From an uncultured Frigoriglobus sp. (lineage in GTDB: Bacteria; Planctomycetota; Planctomycetia; Gemmatales; Gemmataceae): 64,000 nt of DNA. The notes below the pieces were generated by a model. The model was not told the DNA's origin, did not search any database, and saw only the letters and a program-made list of their open reading frames with translations. Shown here one piece after another: positions 39,177 through 48,531 of this stretch. Both the position numbers and the translations under genes were made by a program. Positions within the stretch are counted from its first letter, which is position 1. Each line of letters begins with the position of its first letter. The stretch lies in contig CAYRDG010000001.1 in NCBI GenBank assembly GCA_964422915.1, positions 101,402-165,401 on the forward strand, in the 5' to 3' direction.

Positions 39177-40610
39177 TTACAGCACCGGGCTGAATAGCCG
39201 GCAGGCGTTCTCCGCGAGTCGGCCAACGAAGGGCCGCTTCGCATACAGTTCCGGATCGAGCCGCACCGACCATTCCAGGTCTTTCAAGAATGCTGCTTCC
39301 AGTGCCTGCGTCATGGCAGTGTCGAAGAACTGGCAGTTGAGTTCGAAGTTCAGGTGCAGGCTACGGTTGTCCATGTTCGCGGAACCGACGGACGCCCACT
39401 CGCCATCCACCAGCACGAACTTGCTGTGCATCATGCCACGCGCATACTGATACACCTTCACACCGGCGTCGATCATGTCGCCCCAGTAGTAGCGTGCCGC
39501 GAGGAACGGCACCCATTTGTCGGGCCGGAAGAGGCCGAGGAATCTCACGTCCACGCCCGAGCGCGCCGCCAGAAGCATCGCATCGCGTAGCCCGGTATCC
39601 GGGACGAAATACGGGCTGGCGATCCACGCCCGCTGTTTCGCGCGAATTATCGCGGCGAGGTACGTTTCGCGAATCGCCTTGAAATCGGCGTCTGGCCCGG
39701 ATGCGACCACCTGCGCCAGAGTCGTGCCTGTTGTGTCATGCTCTGGATAGTACGCGGCACCTGTGACGGCCTCGCCGGCCGCGAAGTACCAGTCTTCGAG
39801 GAATGCCTGCTGGAAACCCTCCGCCGCCGATCCTTCGACGCGGAAGTGCGTATCACGCCAATAGCCGAACTTCGGGCTGAGACCGAGGTACTCGTCGCCG
39901 ATATTCAACCCGCCGGAGAACGCCACGCGGCCATCCACGACAAGCACCTTGCGGTGGTTCCGCAGGTTCACCCGGAACGGATTGAACAGTGGCAGGAACG
40001 ATGCCACCTTTCCGCCGTCGCGTTTCAGCCCGCGGAGGAGGCGATTGGGTAGGTTGAACGAACCGACTGAGTCGAGGAGGAAACGTACTTCCACGCCGCG
40101 CCGGGCGCAGTTGCTCAGGAGTTCGATGAAGCGGCGGCCGCTCTGGTCTGGTCGGAAAATGAAGAACTGGATGTGGACGTTGTGCTGGGCGCGTTCGATG
40201 GCCTCTGCCATTGCGTCGAACGCCTTCGTGCCTTCCGTAAATAACGTAACGGCATTGCCAGCCGTAACGGGGTAACCATCGCTGTGCTGCCCCAGGCGAG
40301 CCAGTACGTTCCAGCGTGGCGGCACTTCCACTCCTTCACCACCGCGTCGGGCGAACTCCTTGTATGCTCGCCCGCGCTGCCGCCGTTGGGCGAGTCGCCG
40401 GTGAACGCTCTGATAGCCGAAGACCAAAAACAGCAACGAGCCGAGAATCGGCAGGAGAATCACCGTGAGCGACCACGCGATGGCCGACATTGGTTCGCGC
40501 TTCAGATGCAGTACCGCCAGGAGTGCCCCCACGGTTACCACGATTTCAAACATCACCACCCAGGCGGTGATGTCCTGCCAGTACGTCGAGACAAAATCGG
40601 AGAACGACAT
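39177..40610 (-). CDS. cls: Cardiolipin synthase (PLD superfamily)
   Basis: Two N-terminal TM helices and two HKD motifs (HRKVLVVDG...GGLNIGDEY and HSKFVLVDG...GSANMDNRS). The start was chosen at MSFSDF (ATG at 40610). Confidence 0.9.
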   Translation of the reverse strand: MSFSDFVSTYWQDITAWVVMFEIVVTVGALLAVLHLKREPMSAIAWSLTVILLPILGSLLFLVFGYQSVHRRLAQRRQRGRAYKEFARRGGEGVEVPPRWNVLARLGQHSDGYPVTAGNAVTLFTEGTKAFDAMAEAIERAQHNVHIQFFIFRPDQSGRRFIELLSNCARRGVEVRFLLDSVGSFNLPNRLLRGLKRDGGKVASFLPLFNPFRVNLRNHRKVLVVDGRVAFSGGLNIGDEYLGLSPKFGYWRDTHFRVEGSAAEGFQQAFLEDWYFAAGEAVTGAAYYPEHDTTGTTLAQVVASGPDADFKAIRETYLAAIIRAKQRAWIASPYFVPDTGLRDAMLLAARSGVDVRFLGLFRPDKWVPFLAARYYWGDMIDAGVKVYQYARGMMHSKFVLVDGEWASVGSANMDNRSLHLNFELNCQFFDTAMTQALEAAFLKDLEWSVRLDPELYAKRPFVGRLAENACRLFSPVL

Positions 40611-40688
40611 GCGATCAGTATAGCCAGTCAAATGTGGGTTCCGCGACAGACCCCGCTTCACGTTTGGTCTTCCCCCAATACAGAGTCC

Positions 40689-41717
40689 ATGATCGTTTCT
40701 CGCCAGGACTGGGGTGATATTGTGAAGCGAGTCGTGTTCGATCGGTTCGGGCCGCCGTCCGAGGTACTGCGTGTCGAGGACGATGTGCCAGCCCCGCCGC
40801 TGCGGCGGGGTGAAGTGCTCGTGCGGATGATCGCCAGCCCGGTCAATCCGTCCGATCTCATGTACATCGCCGGCCAGTACGGTTTGAAGCCGCAACTCCC
40901 TGCGACACCCGGCTTCGAGGGCGTTGGTGTTGTCGAGGCGGCCGGCGGCGGGCTACTCGGCTGGTTCCGCAAGGGGAAGCGCGTTGCGGTCGTGAACGAT
41001 CGCGTTGGGAATTGGGCCGAGTATACGGTCACGACCGCGAGGCAGGTCATCCCTGTGCCAGATGCCCTCTCCGACGAGCAAGCCGCGAGTTTCTTCGTGA
41101 ATCCTGCCACCGCGCTGGCCATGACACTGCATGTATTGAAACTGCACCGCGGCGCCTGGCTGCTTCAGAGCGCCGCGGGAGGTGAACTTGGCAAGATGGT
41201 GATTCGCCTGGGACACACACACGGCTTTCGCACGATCAATCTCGTCCGCCGGCGTGAGCAGGTGGACGAATTGAAGCAACTCGGTGCAGATCACGTCATC
41301 GTGGAAGGCGACGGCCCAGTTCCGGAGCAGGTGCGGAAATTGGTGCCCGATGGCGTGCGGTTCGCAATTGATCCGGTTGGCGGGGCAACAGGTTCGGGCG
41401 TGATCGCATCACTCGCTCATGGCGGGCGTTGCCTTCTTTACGGCTCGCTTTCCGATGAGCCGGTGTCGGTTCATCCGCGTTACTTCATCGGCAATGGGCT
41501 GCAGGTCGAGGGCTTCTGGCTCGGAGAGTGGGCCAAGCGCCAACGCATTCCGACACTGCTCCGCCTCTTCCGACACGTCGGCAATCTGATAACCGAAGGT
41601 GTGTTCCAGACGCACTTCGCGGCGACCTACTCTCTCGATCAGGTGCGACAGGCAGTCGAACACGCCGCGGCACCAGGCAAGGGTGGCAAAGTTCTACTGA
41701 AGATCGCCGACCGGTAG
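40689..41717 (+). CDS. Zinc-type alcohol dehydrogenase / NADPH:quinone oxidoreductase family (MDR)
   Basis: EVLVRMIASPVNPSDL and PGFEGVGVVEAAG, plus a nucleotide-binding region LLQSAAGGELG. An alternative GTG start is at 40722. Confidence 0.85.
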   Translation: MIVSRQDWGDIVKRVVFDRFGPPSEVLRVEDDVPAPPLRRGEVLVRMIASPVNPSDLMYIAGQYGLKPQLPATPGFEGVGVVEAAGGGLLGWFRKGKRVAVVNDRVGNWAEYTVTTARQVIPVPDALSDEQAASFFVNPATALAMTLHVLKLHRGAWLLQSAAGGELGKMVIRLGHTHGFRTINLVRRREQVDELKQLGADHVIVEGDGPVPEQVRKLVPDGVRFAIDPVGGATGSGVIASLAHGGRCLLYGSLSDEPVSVHPRYFIGNGLQVEGFWLGEWAKRQRIPTLLRLFRHVGNLITEGVFQTHFAATYSLDQVRQAVEHAAAPGKGGKVLLKIADR

Positions 41718-41843
41718 CGTCGGCCCGGATCGCCATGTGCAATCGCCCCCTGTTCATTGTCAGTCGCTCGCGTAACATCTCATCGCATTCGCCCTCCTTT
41801 CGGCCGGCGCACGCCGGCTCATCGCCTCCCTCCACGGTGACTC

Positions 41844-42557
41844 ATGTTCCGACTCTCGTGCCTCTCGCTCGCGACTGCATTGGCGCTGGTGCTGCCCGCC
41901 AGCGCCGACAACGGCGCCACCTCGCCGTTCAACGGTAAGGATTTCTCTGGCTGGAAGCTCAAGAACGAGAAAGCCAGCAAGTGGGTGGTGGGGAATGCCA
42001 CCATGAGTACGAAGGAACCTCGCCAACTGGATGTGACACCTGCCACGAGCCAGAGCGCGGCTCTCGTCAACGCTCTGAAGGTTGGACAGCACGGCTCGGA
42101 CATCTTCACGGCAGGCAAGTACGGTGACATTCACCTTGAACTGGAATTCCAGGTGCCGAAGGGATCGAACTCGGGCGTTTACCTCATGGGTGAATACGAA
42201 GTGCAGGTTCTGGACAGCTTCGGCAAGCCAGACAGCCAGCTCGGCCAGGGCGACCTCGGCGCGCTTTACAGCGCGGCTGCGCCCAAGAAGAATGCGGCGA
42301 AGAAGCCAGGTGAGTGGCAGAAGTTCGTCATCGACTTCCAGGCACCGAAGTTCGACAAGGCCGGCAAGAAGATTGCCAACGCGAAGTTCGTCAAGGTGGA
42401 GTTGAATGGCGTGGTTCTTCACGAGAACGTGGAGATGAAGCAACAAACGCCAGGCGGGCTGACAGGCAAGGAACATGCCACTGGCCCACTGATGTTCCAG
42501 GGTGATCATGGTCCCGTTGCTTACCGGAACATCACGATCAGCGCGACCAAAAAGTGA
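41844..42557 (+). CDS. DUF1080 (3-keto-disaccharide hydrolase-like) domain protein, exported
   Basis: Signal peptide, FNGKDFSGWK, NSGVYL...YEVQVLDS and PLMFQGDHGPVAYRNI are typical DUF1080 strings. Confidence 0.8.
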   Translation: MFRLSCLSLATALALVLPASADNGATSPFNGKDFSGWKLKNEKASKWVVGNATMSTKEPRQLDVTPATSQSAALVNALKVGQHGSDIFTAGKYGDIHLELEFQVPKGSNSGVYLMGEYEVQVLDSFGKPDSQLGQGDLGALYSAAAPKKNAAKKPGEWQKFVIDFQAPKFDKAGKKIANAKFVKVELNGVVLHENVEMKQQTPGGLTGKEHATGPLMFQGDHGPVAYRNITISATKK

Positions 42558-42783
42558 ACAGTCGCTCGTCTGGGTAGGAGAACTGGCACGCGCACGTTGA
42601 GAGAGTCGGGTGCTCTCTCGACGTGTGGCCCGGATGTTCGTCCTGTGTCCGTACCGCCGTCTGTGCCGGATATTTTCCTCGACACGTCTGCTGCTCTTGG
42701 AAGGCTCACTGCCCACAGCCCATTGCCTGCTATACACTTTCTTGAAAGCAACCCACCGCCGCCACAGCCCATCGAGACTGCCA

Positions 42784-43932
42784 ATGACAACCGAGGCCGA
42801 TTTCAAACCGGGTCTGGAAGATGTGCCGGCCGCGAAGTCCGCGGTGAGTTTCCTGGATGGCAAGAAGGCCGTGCTGGAATATCGGGGCATCCCTGTCGAG
42901 GTACTGGCGAAGGAGAGCAATTTCGAGGAAGTCGCGTGGCTACTCATCAAGGGCGACCTTCCCACGCAGAAGCAACTCTCCGAGTTCGACCACGACCTGC
43001 GTCAGCGTCGCGCGATTCACTTCCGCCTCAAAGATCTCATCCGCTGCATGCCCCCGGAAGGGCACCCGATGGACGCACTGCACGCATCCGTCGCAGCGCT
43101 GGGGATGTTTTATCCTTGCCCTCATGTGAATGATCCGGCGAAGAACTGGGACGCTTCCATGCGGCTTCTCGCCGCGATGCCGACACTGGTAGCGGCATTC
43201 AATCGCACACGCCGCGGCGAGGACATCATCGAGCCTCGCAATGATCTCGATCACGCCGGCAACTTCTACTACATGCTTTTCGGCAAGGAGCCGACGCCTG
43301 CGACGCGGAAGGTACTCGATGCGTGTCTGATTCTGCACGCCGAACACACGATGAACGCCAGCACCTTCACGGCGCGTGTCGTTGGCTCGACGCTAGCAAC
43401 GCCGTACCAGACCATCGCCGCCGCGATTGGCTCGCTGTCCGGGCCGCTGCATGGTGGGGCGAATGAAGAAGCGCTGCGGCAGTTCGAGGAGATCGGCGGG
43501 CCGGAGAACGTGGTGGCATGGCTCGACGCCAAGCGCGCCGCGGATCCAAAGTACAAGGTCATGGGGATCGGCCACCGCGTCTACAAGGTGAAAGACGCTC
43601 GTGCCACAGTTCTCCAGGAGATCGCGGAGCACGTCTTCGCCGAGACGAGCCGACCCAAGAACTATGAGACCGCGCTGGAACTGGAGCGCGTTGCCGCGGG
43701 TATCTATGGGCCGCGCGGTATCTATCCGAACGTGGACTTCTATTCTGGCGTCGTTTACCAGTCGCTGGGTATTCCGATCGACGTGTTCACGCCGATCTTT
43801 GCCATCGCTCGCGCCGCCGGCTGGCTGGCACACTGGACCGAGCAGCTTGTCGGCAACCGCATCTTCCGCCCGGAGCAGATTTCCATTGGCAAGAGTGGCG
43901 TGAAGTACATACCGCTGGAACAGAGGGCATGA
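42784..43932 (+). CDS. gltA: Citrate synthase (short, ~380 aa type)
   Basis: GLEDV, LEYRGI, ILHAEH, GPLHGGANE and GHRVYK motifs. The start is at the ATG at 42784. Confidence 0.92.
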   Translation: MTTEADFKPGLEDVPAAKSAVSFLDGKKAVLEYRGIPVEVLAKESNFEEVAWLLIKGDLPTQKQLSEFDHDLRQRRAIHFRLKDLIRCMPPEGHPMDALHASVAALGMFYPCPHVNDPAKNWDASMRLLAAMPTLVAAFNRTRRGEDIIEPRNDLDHAGNFYYMLFGKEPTPATRKVLDACLILHAEHTMNASTFTARVVGSTLATPYQTIAAAIGSLSGPLHGGANEEALRQFEEIGGPENVVAWLDAKRAADPKYKVMGIGHRVYKVKDARATVLQEIAEHVFAETSRPKNYETALELERVAAGIYGPRGIYPNVDFYSGVVYQSLGIPIDVFTPIFAIARAAGWLAHWTEQLVGNRIFRPEQISIGKSGVKYIPLEQRA

Positions 43933-44423
43933 GCCGCCTGGCCGAAGCTCTGGAACAGATGGACTTCACTCGTCGGTATACCTTGAAGAGGGTGGACGGC
44001 GTGCCGCTGTCGGAGTGGTTCACCATCCCGCCTGGCGGCGTGTCGCACATTGCGTGGCAGGTGGGGCACCTCGCCTTTGCCGAGTACGGGCTATGCCTCG
44101 ACCGGCTCCGGCCACGCACACACGCAGACCAATCGCTCATCTCCGATACGTTCCTCCTCGCATTCGCACGCGATTCCCAGCCGGCCAGCGCCACCGGTTT
44201 CACAGCGGTCGAGATTCGCGCTGTCTTTGACCGCGTTCATGCACGTGTGATGGAGGAACTCCCGACCTATCCGGATGCCGATCTCGACTTGCCGTTGCTC
44301 AAACCGCACTCGCTAGTCGCAACGCGTATCGGCATTCTCCGCTACGCTCCGCTGCACGAGATGATTCACTGCGGTCAGATTGCGCTGATCCGCCGAATGC
44401 TTGGCAACGCGCCGATCTGGTGA
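43929..44423 (+). CDS. DinB-superfamily protein
   Basis: 164-aa four-helix-bundle-like sequence with HIAWQVGHLA and HEMIHCGQIA (His triad positions). The ATG overlaps the gltA stop (ATGA). Confidence 0.7.
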   Translation: MSRLAEALEQMDFTRRYTLKRVDGVPLSEWFTIPPGGVSHIAWQVGHLAFAEYGLCLDRLRPRTHADQSLISDTFLLAFARDSQPASATGFTAVEIRAVFDRVHARVMEELPTYPDADLDLPLLKPHSLVATRIGILRYAPLHEMIHCGQIALIRRMLGNAPIW

Positions 44424-44589
44424 ACCCGGCGCGGCTGTTACATATCCTGTCAGTAATGGTGGTCCGGACGTGATGCCGACCGCTGGACAACCCGAAGTAC
44501 GCCCCGCCGCCTCGTTGCGAGCGCTCGCAGCGTGAGCGGATCACCACATGCAACCCGCCCCGGATGGACGGGTCTATCCAGAGTCACAC

Positions 44590-45885
44590 ATGCTCGACGC
44601 CGATTTCATCGTCAAGAATGCCGATGCCGTGAAGGCCAACTGCCGCAACCGTGGCGTATCGGAGATCCCTGTTGATCGCGCGATCGCCTTCGAGGCGAAA
44701 CGCAAGGAACTGGTGCAACTGCGGAGCGAGACGGCAGCGAAGAAAAATGAGATCAGTAAGCAGTTCCCGAAGGCCAAGACGCCCGAGGAGAAACAGGCAC
44801 TGAAGGATCAGGCCGCGACGTTCGACCGCGAAGTGGATGTCATCGACGCCGAACTGAAGCTCATCGCGGGCGACCTGCTCGTGAACGTGTTGCTCATCCC
44901 GAATATGACGCACCCGGCGGCTCCCGTCGGAGGCGAGGAGGCCAACACAGTCGTCGCGCAGTTCGGCGAACCCAAGGCGTTCGACTTTCAAGCGAAGGAT
45001 CACGTTGAACTGTGCGAGGCGCTGGATCTCGCCGATTTCGAGGCCGGAACGCGCGTGGCAGGGCAGAAGTTCTACTTCCTCAAGAACGAGGGGGCGCTGC
45101 TCGAATTTGCGCTTGTGCAATATGCGATGCAGGTTGCTGTGAAGGCCGGCTATACTCCAGTAATCACGCCCGACCTCGCGCGTGTGGAAGTGCTCGAGGG
45201 GATCGGCTTCATGCCCCGAAACCCCGACCCTGAGAAGCGGGAAGTTTACACCATCGCGGATAGCGACCTGTGCCTCATCGCCACGGCCGAAATCACACTG
45301 GGCGGCATGCACCGTGACCGGATCTTCGATGAAGCCGAACTGCCGAAGCGATACGTCGGACTGTCGCACTGCTTCCGCACAGAAGCCGGCGCCGCCGGGC
45401 GCGACACGCGCGGTCTTTATCGCGTTCACCAGTTCACGAAGGTCGAGATGTTCGCCTTCTGCACGCCGGAAAACAGCGATGTCTTGCACGAGGAGATTCG
45501 CGCACTGGAGGAGCAAATCTTCCAGGGATTGGGTCTGCCGTTCCACGTCATCGACACCGCGACCGGCGACCTCGGCGGTCCGGCGTATCGCAAGTACGAT
45601 CTGGAAGCGTGGATGCCCGGCCGTGGCAATGGCGGTGCATATGGCGAAGTGACGAGTACGTCGAACTGCACCGACTTTCAGGCGCGCCGGCTTGGCATTC
45701 GATACAAGGGAAAGGGCTTCAAGGGAACACGCTTCGTCCACACGCTCAACGGTACGGCCGTGGCCTGCACGCGAGCACTGGTGGCGATTCTGGAGAATTA
45801 CCAACAGGCGGATGGCACCGTGTTGATCCCCGAAGTGCTGCGTCCCTGGGTCGGGAAGGATCGCATTGAGGCGAAGAAGGGGTGA
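44590..45885 (+). CDS. serS: Serine--tRNA ligase
   Basis: N-terminal coiled-coil arm and class II motifs (FRTEAG, RVHQFTKVEMF, GTAVACTRALVAILENYQ). Confidence 0.95.
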   Translation: MLDADFIVKNADAVKANCRNRGVSEIPVDRAIAFEAKRKELVQLRSETAAKKNEISKQFPKAKTPEEKQALKDQAATFDREVDVIDAELKLIAGDLLVNVLLIPNMTHPAAPVGGEEANTVVAQFGEPKAFDFQAKDHVELCEALDLADFEAGTRVAGQKFYFLKNEGALLEFALVQYAMQVAVKAGYTPVITPDLARVEVLEGIGFMPRNPDPEKREVYTIADSDLCLIATAEITLGGMHRDRIFDEAELPKRYVGLSHCFRTEAGAAGRDTRGLYRVHQFTKVEMFAFCTPENSDVLHEEIRALEEQIFQGLGLPFHVIDTATGDLGGPAYRKYDLEAWMPGRGNGGAYGEVTSTSNCTDFQARRLGIRYKGKGFKGTRFVHTLNGTAVACTRALVAILENYQQADGTVLIPEVLRPWVGKDRIEAKKG

Positions 45886-45895
45886 ATCCGTGAGT

Positions 45896-45926
45896 GGGGG
45901 GGCACAGGGAAACCGTGGCCCCCCCC
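45896..45926. terminator. G/C-run hairpin between convergent serS and the thioredoxin gene
   Basis: GGGGGGGCAC...GTGGCCCCCCCC forms an imperfect stem. Confidence 0.35.
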
Positions 45927-45937
45927 TGAGATCGGCA

Positions 45938-47026
45938 TCAGTCCTTCGGCTTGCCGTCGTACTTCTTGGTCATGGCCTCAAGCTGCTTCTTGAGGTTCCC
46001 ATCGGCGGCGGCGATGGCTTTCGCACCTGCTGCCTTGGCCTTTGTCGTGTCACCTGAGGCGAAGTACGCTTCGGCCAGGAAATACAGTGGGATCGGCTCT
46101 TTACCGCCGCTCACCTTCACGCCAGACTCTGCGGCCTTAATGGAGAGTGCGAGCAGTTCCTTGTTGCCTTTGGCATCGGGGCCGCGCAGGGCTGACGATA
46201 CCGAACCCAGTAACCGGTCGTCGCCGGACTTCTCGCCCTTGGCGATCAGTTGTTCGGCGCTCTTCATCGCTTCGTCAATCTTCTTGGCTCGCACCAGCGA
46301 ACTCAGACGCGGCCCGTTGAAGTAGGGGATGCCTGCCAGTTTCGGGTGTTTTTTCTCGAAACCGGCCAGTTCCTTCAGGAAGACATTTGGATCCTTGTCG
46401 CGAGTGGCGCTGAACACCGCGGATACTTCTTTCTCAATATCTTTCAGCCCGTCGTTGTCAGTGTCGGTCCACTTACCCGACACGACCTTCGGCAGAACGG
46501 CATCGAGGTACATTGGGTGGCCGATGTACGCGATCTTCCCTTGCTTGTTCACGACGAAGCAGCACGGAATGCCGTTGCGCCCGGCAGCCTTCATCCAAGC
46601 GTTGTACGTTTCGCGATCGTCGCCATACGCGAAGGTGTAACCGAGTTTCGGTCCACGCTTCTCGACCATCGCCGAAACCTTTGCCTGCGTGTTGTTTGGG
46701 TCCTTCGCCGAGAAGCCGATGAACGTGACACCCTGCGATCTGTACTCGCGCTGCAGTTCGCCCATGTGCGGCATCATCACGATGCACGGACCACACCACG
46801 TCGCCCAAAACTCGACGACGTACACCTTTCCTTGTGCGAAACCTTTCACCTCTGCGCCCTGCAGCCACTTGGTGGCAACCAGTGGCGGGGCCTTGTCGCC
46901 AACCTTCAGGGTTGGTTCCTTTTTCTCGGGTTGTTTGGCCTTGATGATCGGCGTGGGTTTCACGTTCTGGGCCGCGACTGCGGTCGTCAGTCCGACCAGC
47001 GCGGCGAGAGTCAGTAGCTTCCGCAT
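45938..47026 (-). CDS. Exported TlpA-like thioredoxin with C-terminal helical (TPR-like) domain
   Basis: Signal peptide MRKLLTLAALVGLTTAVAA, active site VVEFWATWCGPC and an Ala/Lys-rich helical C-terminal half. Confidence 0.8.
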   Translation of the reverse strand: MRKLLTLAALVGLTTAVAAQNVKPTPIIKAKQPEKKEPTLKVGDKAPPLVATKWLQGAEVKGFAQGKVYVVEFWATWCGPCIVMMPHMGELQREYRSQGVTFIGFSAKDPNNTQAKVSAMVEKRGPKLGYTFAYGDDRETYNAWMKAAGRNGIPCCFVVNKQGKIAYIGHPMYLDAVLPKVVSGKWTDTDNDGLKDIEKEVSAVFSATRDKDPNVFLKELAGFEKKHPKLAGIPYFNGPRLSSLVRAKKIDEAMKSAEQLIAKGEKSGDDRLLGSVSSALRGPDAKGNKELLALSIKAAESGVKVSGGKEPIPLYFLAEAYFASGDTTKAKAAGAKAIAAADGNLKKQLEAMTKKYDGKPKD

Positions 47027-47092
47027 GGTGCATCCCTCTGGGTTTGTGGAAGAGGCAACCAAGAGTGTACGGCAAGTCGCGGAACAGGAAAG

Positions 47093-47761
47093 CTAAAAAG
47101 TTGGGGCGAACGAACCCCGAACCCAGAGCCGCCCGGATAGCAGCCCGCGGAGGTACGAAATCTCTCCTATTTGCGTGAACCCTTCCGCGACGAGCAGCGG
47201 AGCGGGATCGGTGAGCCGCCGCGCCGAGAGTCGCGCCGCGACACCGAAGAAGCCGTATAGCCCCGCGAGTAGGAACCGCGCGGTCAGTCGCGCGGCGCCG
47301 GAGTGCGGTACGCGGAAGTCGCCGTCTACCCAGAGAGCCTCCGGCGCGCATTTCATTGCCACCCGCCGGACAACCGCTGCGAGTTCCGCCGGCCGGAAGC
47401 AATCGAGGAAGAAATTCGTGACCACAAGGTCGTAGCCGTTTGCCGGGAGTGGGTCGATGCGAGCATCAGCGAGGATGAACCGCGTGCGTGCGGCCGCACC
47501 GGGGATCGCTACGACCTGCTGGCGTGCCAGCGTGATCATGCCAGGACTGATGTCAACACTGTCTACCTCGATCGTCTGATTGAAGCGAAGTAGGTCCGCG
47601 AGAAAACGCCCATCGCCATCTCCGAGCACCAGCGCCCGACGACAATCGCCGAGTTGGTGCAGGTGTGCAGTCCGACAGGAGTGCAAGAGATTGCCGAACG
47701 TGAGCCGTTCAAGCGTGCGATATGCCGGCGCGAGCCGGTCGAAGGAGGGACGCGGATTCAC
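47093..47761 (-). CDS. Class I SAM-dependent methyltransferase
   Basis: Motif I ALVLGDGDGRF and post-I VDSVDISPGM, then DLVVTNFFLDCF. The GTG start at 47761 overlaps the upstream stop (GTGA). The rest of the 472-aa track ORF is judged spurious. Confidence 0.7.
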   Translation of the reverse strand: MNPRPSFDRLAPAYRTLERLTFGNLLHSCRTAHLHQLGDCRRALVLGDGDGRFLADLLRFNQTIEVDSVDISPGMITLARQQVVAIPGAAARTRFILADARIDPLPANGYDLVVTNFFLDCFRPAELAAVVRRVAMKCAPEALWVDGDFRVPHSGAARLTARFLLAGLYGFFGVAARLSARRLTDPAPLLVAEGFTQIGEISYLRGLLSGRLWVRGSFAPTF

Positions 47762-48531
47762 GAGCAGACCGCCACGAGTAGCGGGGAGAGGAGCGCCACA
47801 TCGGCCAGCACGCGGGCAGCGCGGACCGACACACGCGCATGGATTGCGTGGAGCGCCAGAAGCGCCGCCGCGCTGGCACAGATGGCTGTTCCCACAGGTC
47901 GCGGGGCGGCCAGGACCGGTGTGAGTGCGGCGATGCCGGCGAGAGCCACGAGCCACTTCGGCGGCGCGCCGAGGCCGCGCGTCTCCCACAGGCTGATCAG
48001 CGCGCAGTTCAGCCAGCATAGAGCCGCGAACGCGATCACGCCCGGCAACCAGTCGATCTGCGATGCCTGAACGATGAGCGGGATCGACACACCTGCCGCG
48101 AACACAATCCCCACCGAGATTTCCTTCGCCCCGCGGTCGAGCACGCTTTTCGTTCGCAGGAGGTGAACCGCGGCGAAGTAGCCAACCGCAGCGCCCAGAA
48201 CAATGATCCCGACACGGAGGTGCTCTCGCGGAAGCGCAGTGAAGGCGACCACGGCCGCGCCAAGAATCGCTGCCCCTGCCACGACCAACCAGGCGAGCCA
48301 GTTTCGGCCTGCGACACGATGACGATCGGAGGAGGTGATGCCGCGTCGGGCATCCAGGCTGCGGTCGATGAGGTAAGCCGCCCACACCATCAGGGCGAGT
48401 TCGGCAGATGCGGCTAGTGGTACTGCGATACCTGCGACCGAACCGAGGAACACCTGCCATGTGACCGCCACAGCCGGCGCGTCGAGCGCCAGCAAGTTCG
48501 GCCAGAGCCACCAGGGGTGGGAGTCGTTCAC
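47758..48531 (-). CDS. Polytopic membrane protein, UbiA-prenyltransferase-like (tentative)
   Basis: About 7-8 hydrophobic segments. AAYLIDRSLDARRG resembles the first Asp-rich (DxxxD) motif of UbiA-family enzymes. The start is uncertain (GTG at 48531, or the track ATG at 48702). Confidence 0.5.
   Translation of the reverse strand: MNDSHPWWLWPNLLALDAPAVAVTWQVFLGSVAGIAVPLAASAELALMVWAAYLIDRSLDARRGITSSDRHRVAGRNWLAWLVVAGAAILGAAVVAFTALPREHLRVGIIVLGAAVGYFAAVHLLRTKSVLDRGAKEISVGIVFAAGVSIPLIVQASQIDWLPGVIAFAALCWLNCALISLWETRGLGAPPKWLVALAGIAALTPVLAAPRPVGTAICASAAALLALHAIHARVSVRAARVLADVALLSPLLVAVCS

Noticed and set aside
44516-44529. Perfect 14-nt GC-rich palindrome TGCGAGCGCTCGCA upstream of serS
   Set aside because: GC-rich palindromes are expected in this composition. 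I saw no T-box-like or other leader structure.
47762-48511. N-terminal 250 aa of the 472-aa track ORF (methyltransferase frame)
   Set aside because: This part is Arg/Gly/Pro-rich and overlaps, in another frame, a plausible polytopic membrane protein. Methyltransferase similarity begins only near the GTG at 47761, which forms a GTGA junction with the upstream stop.
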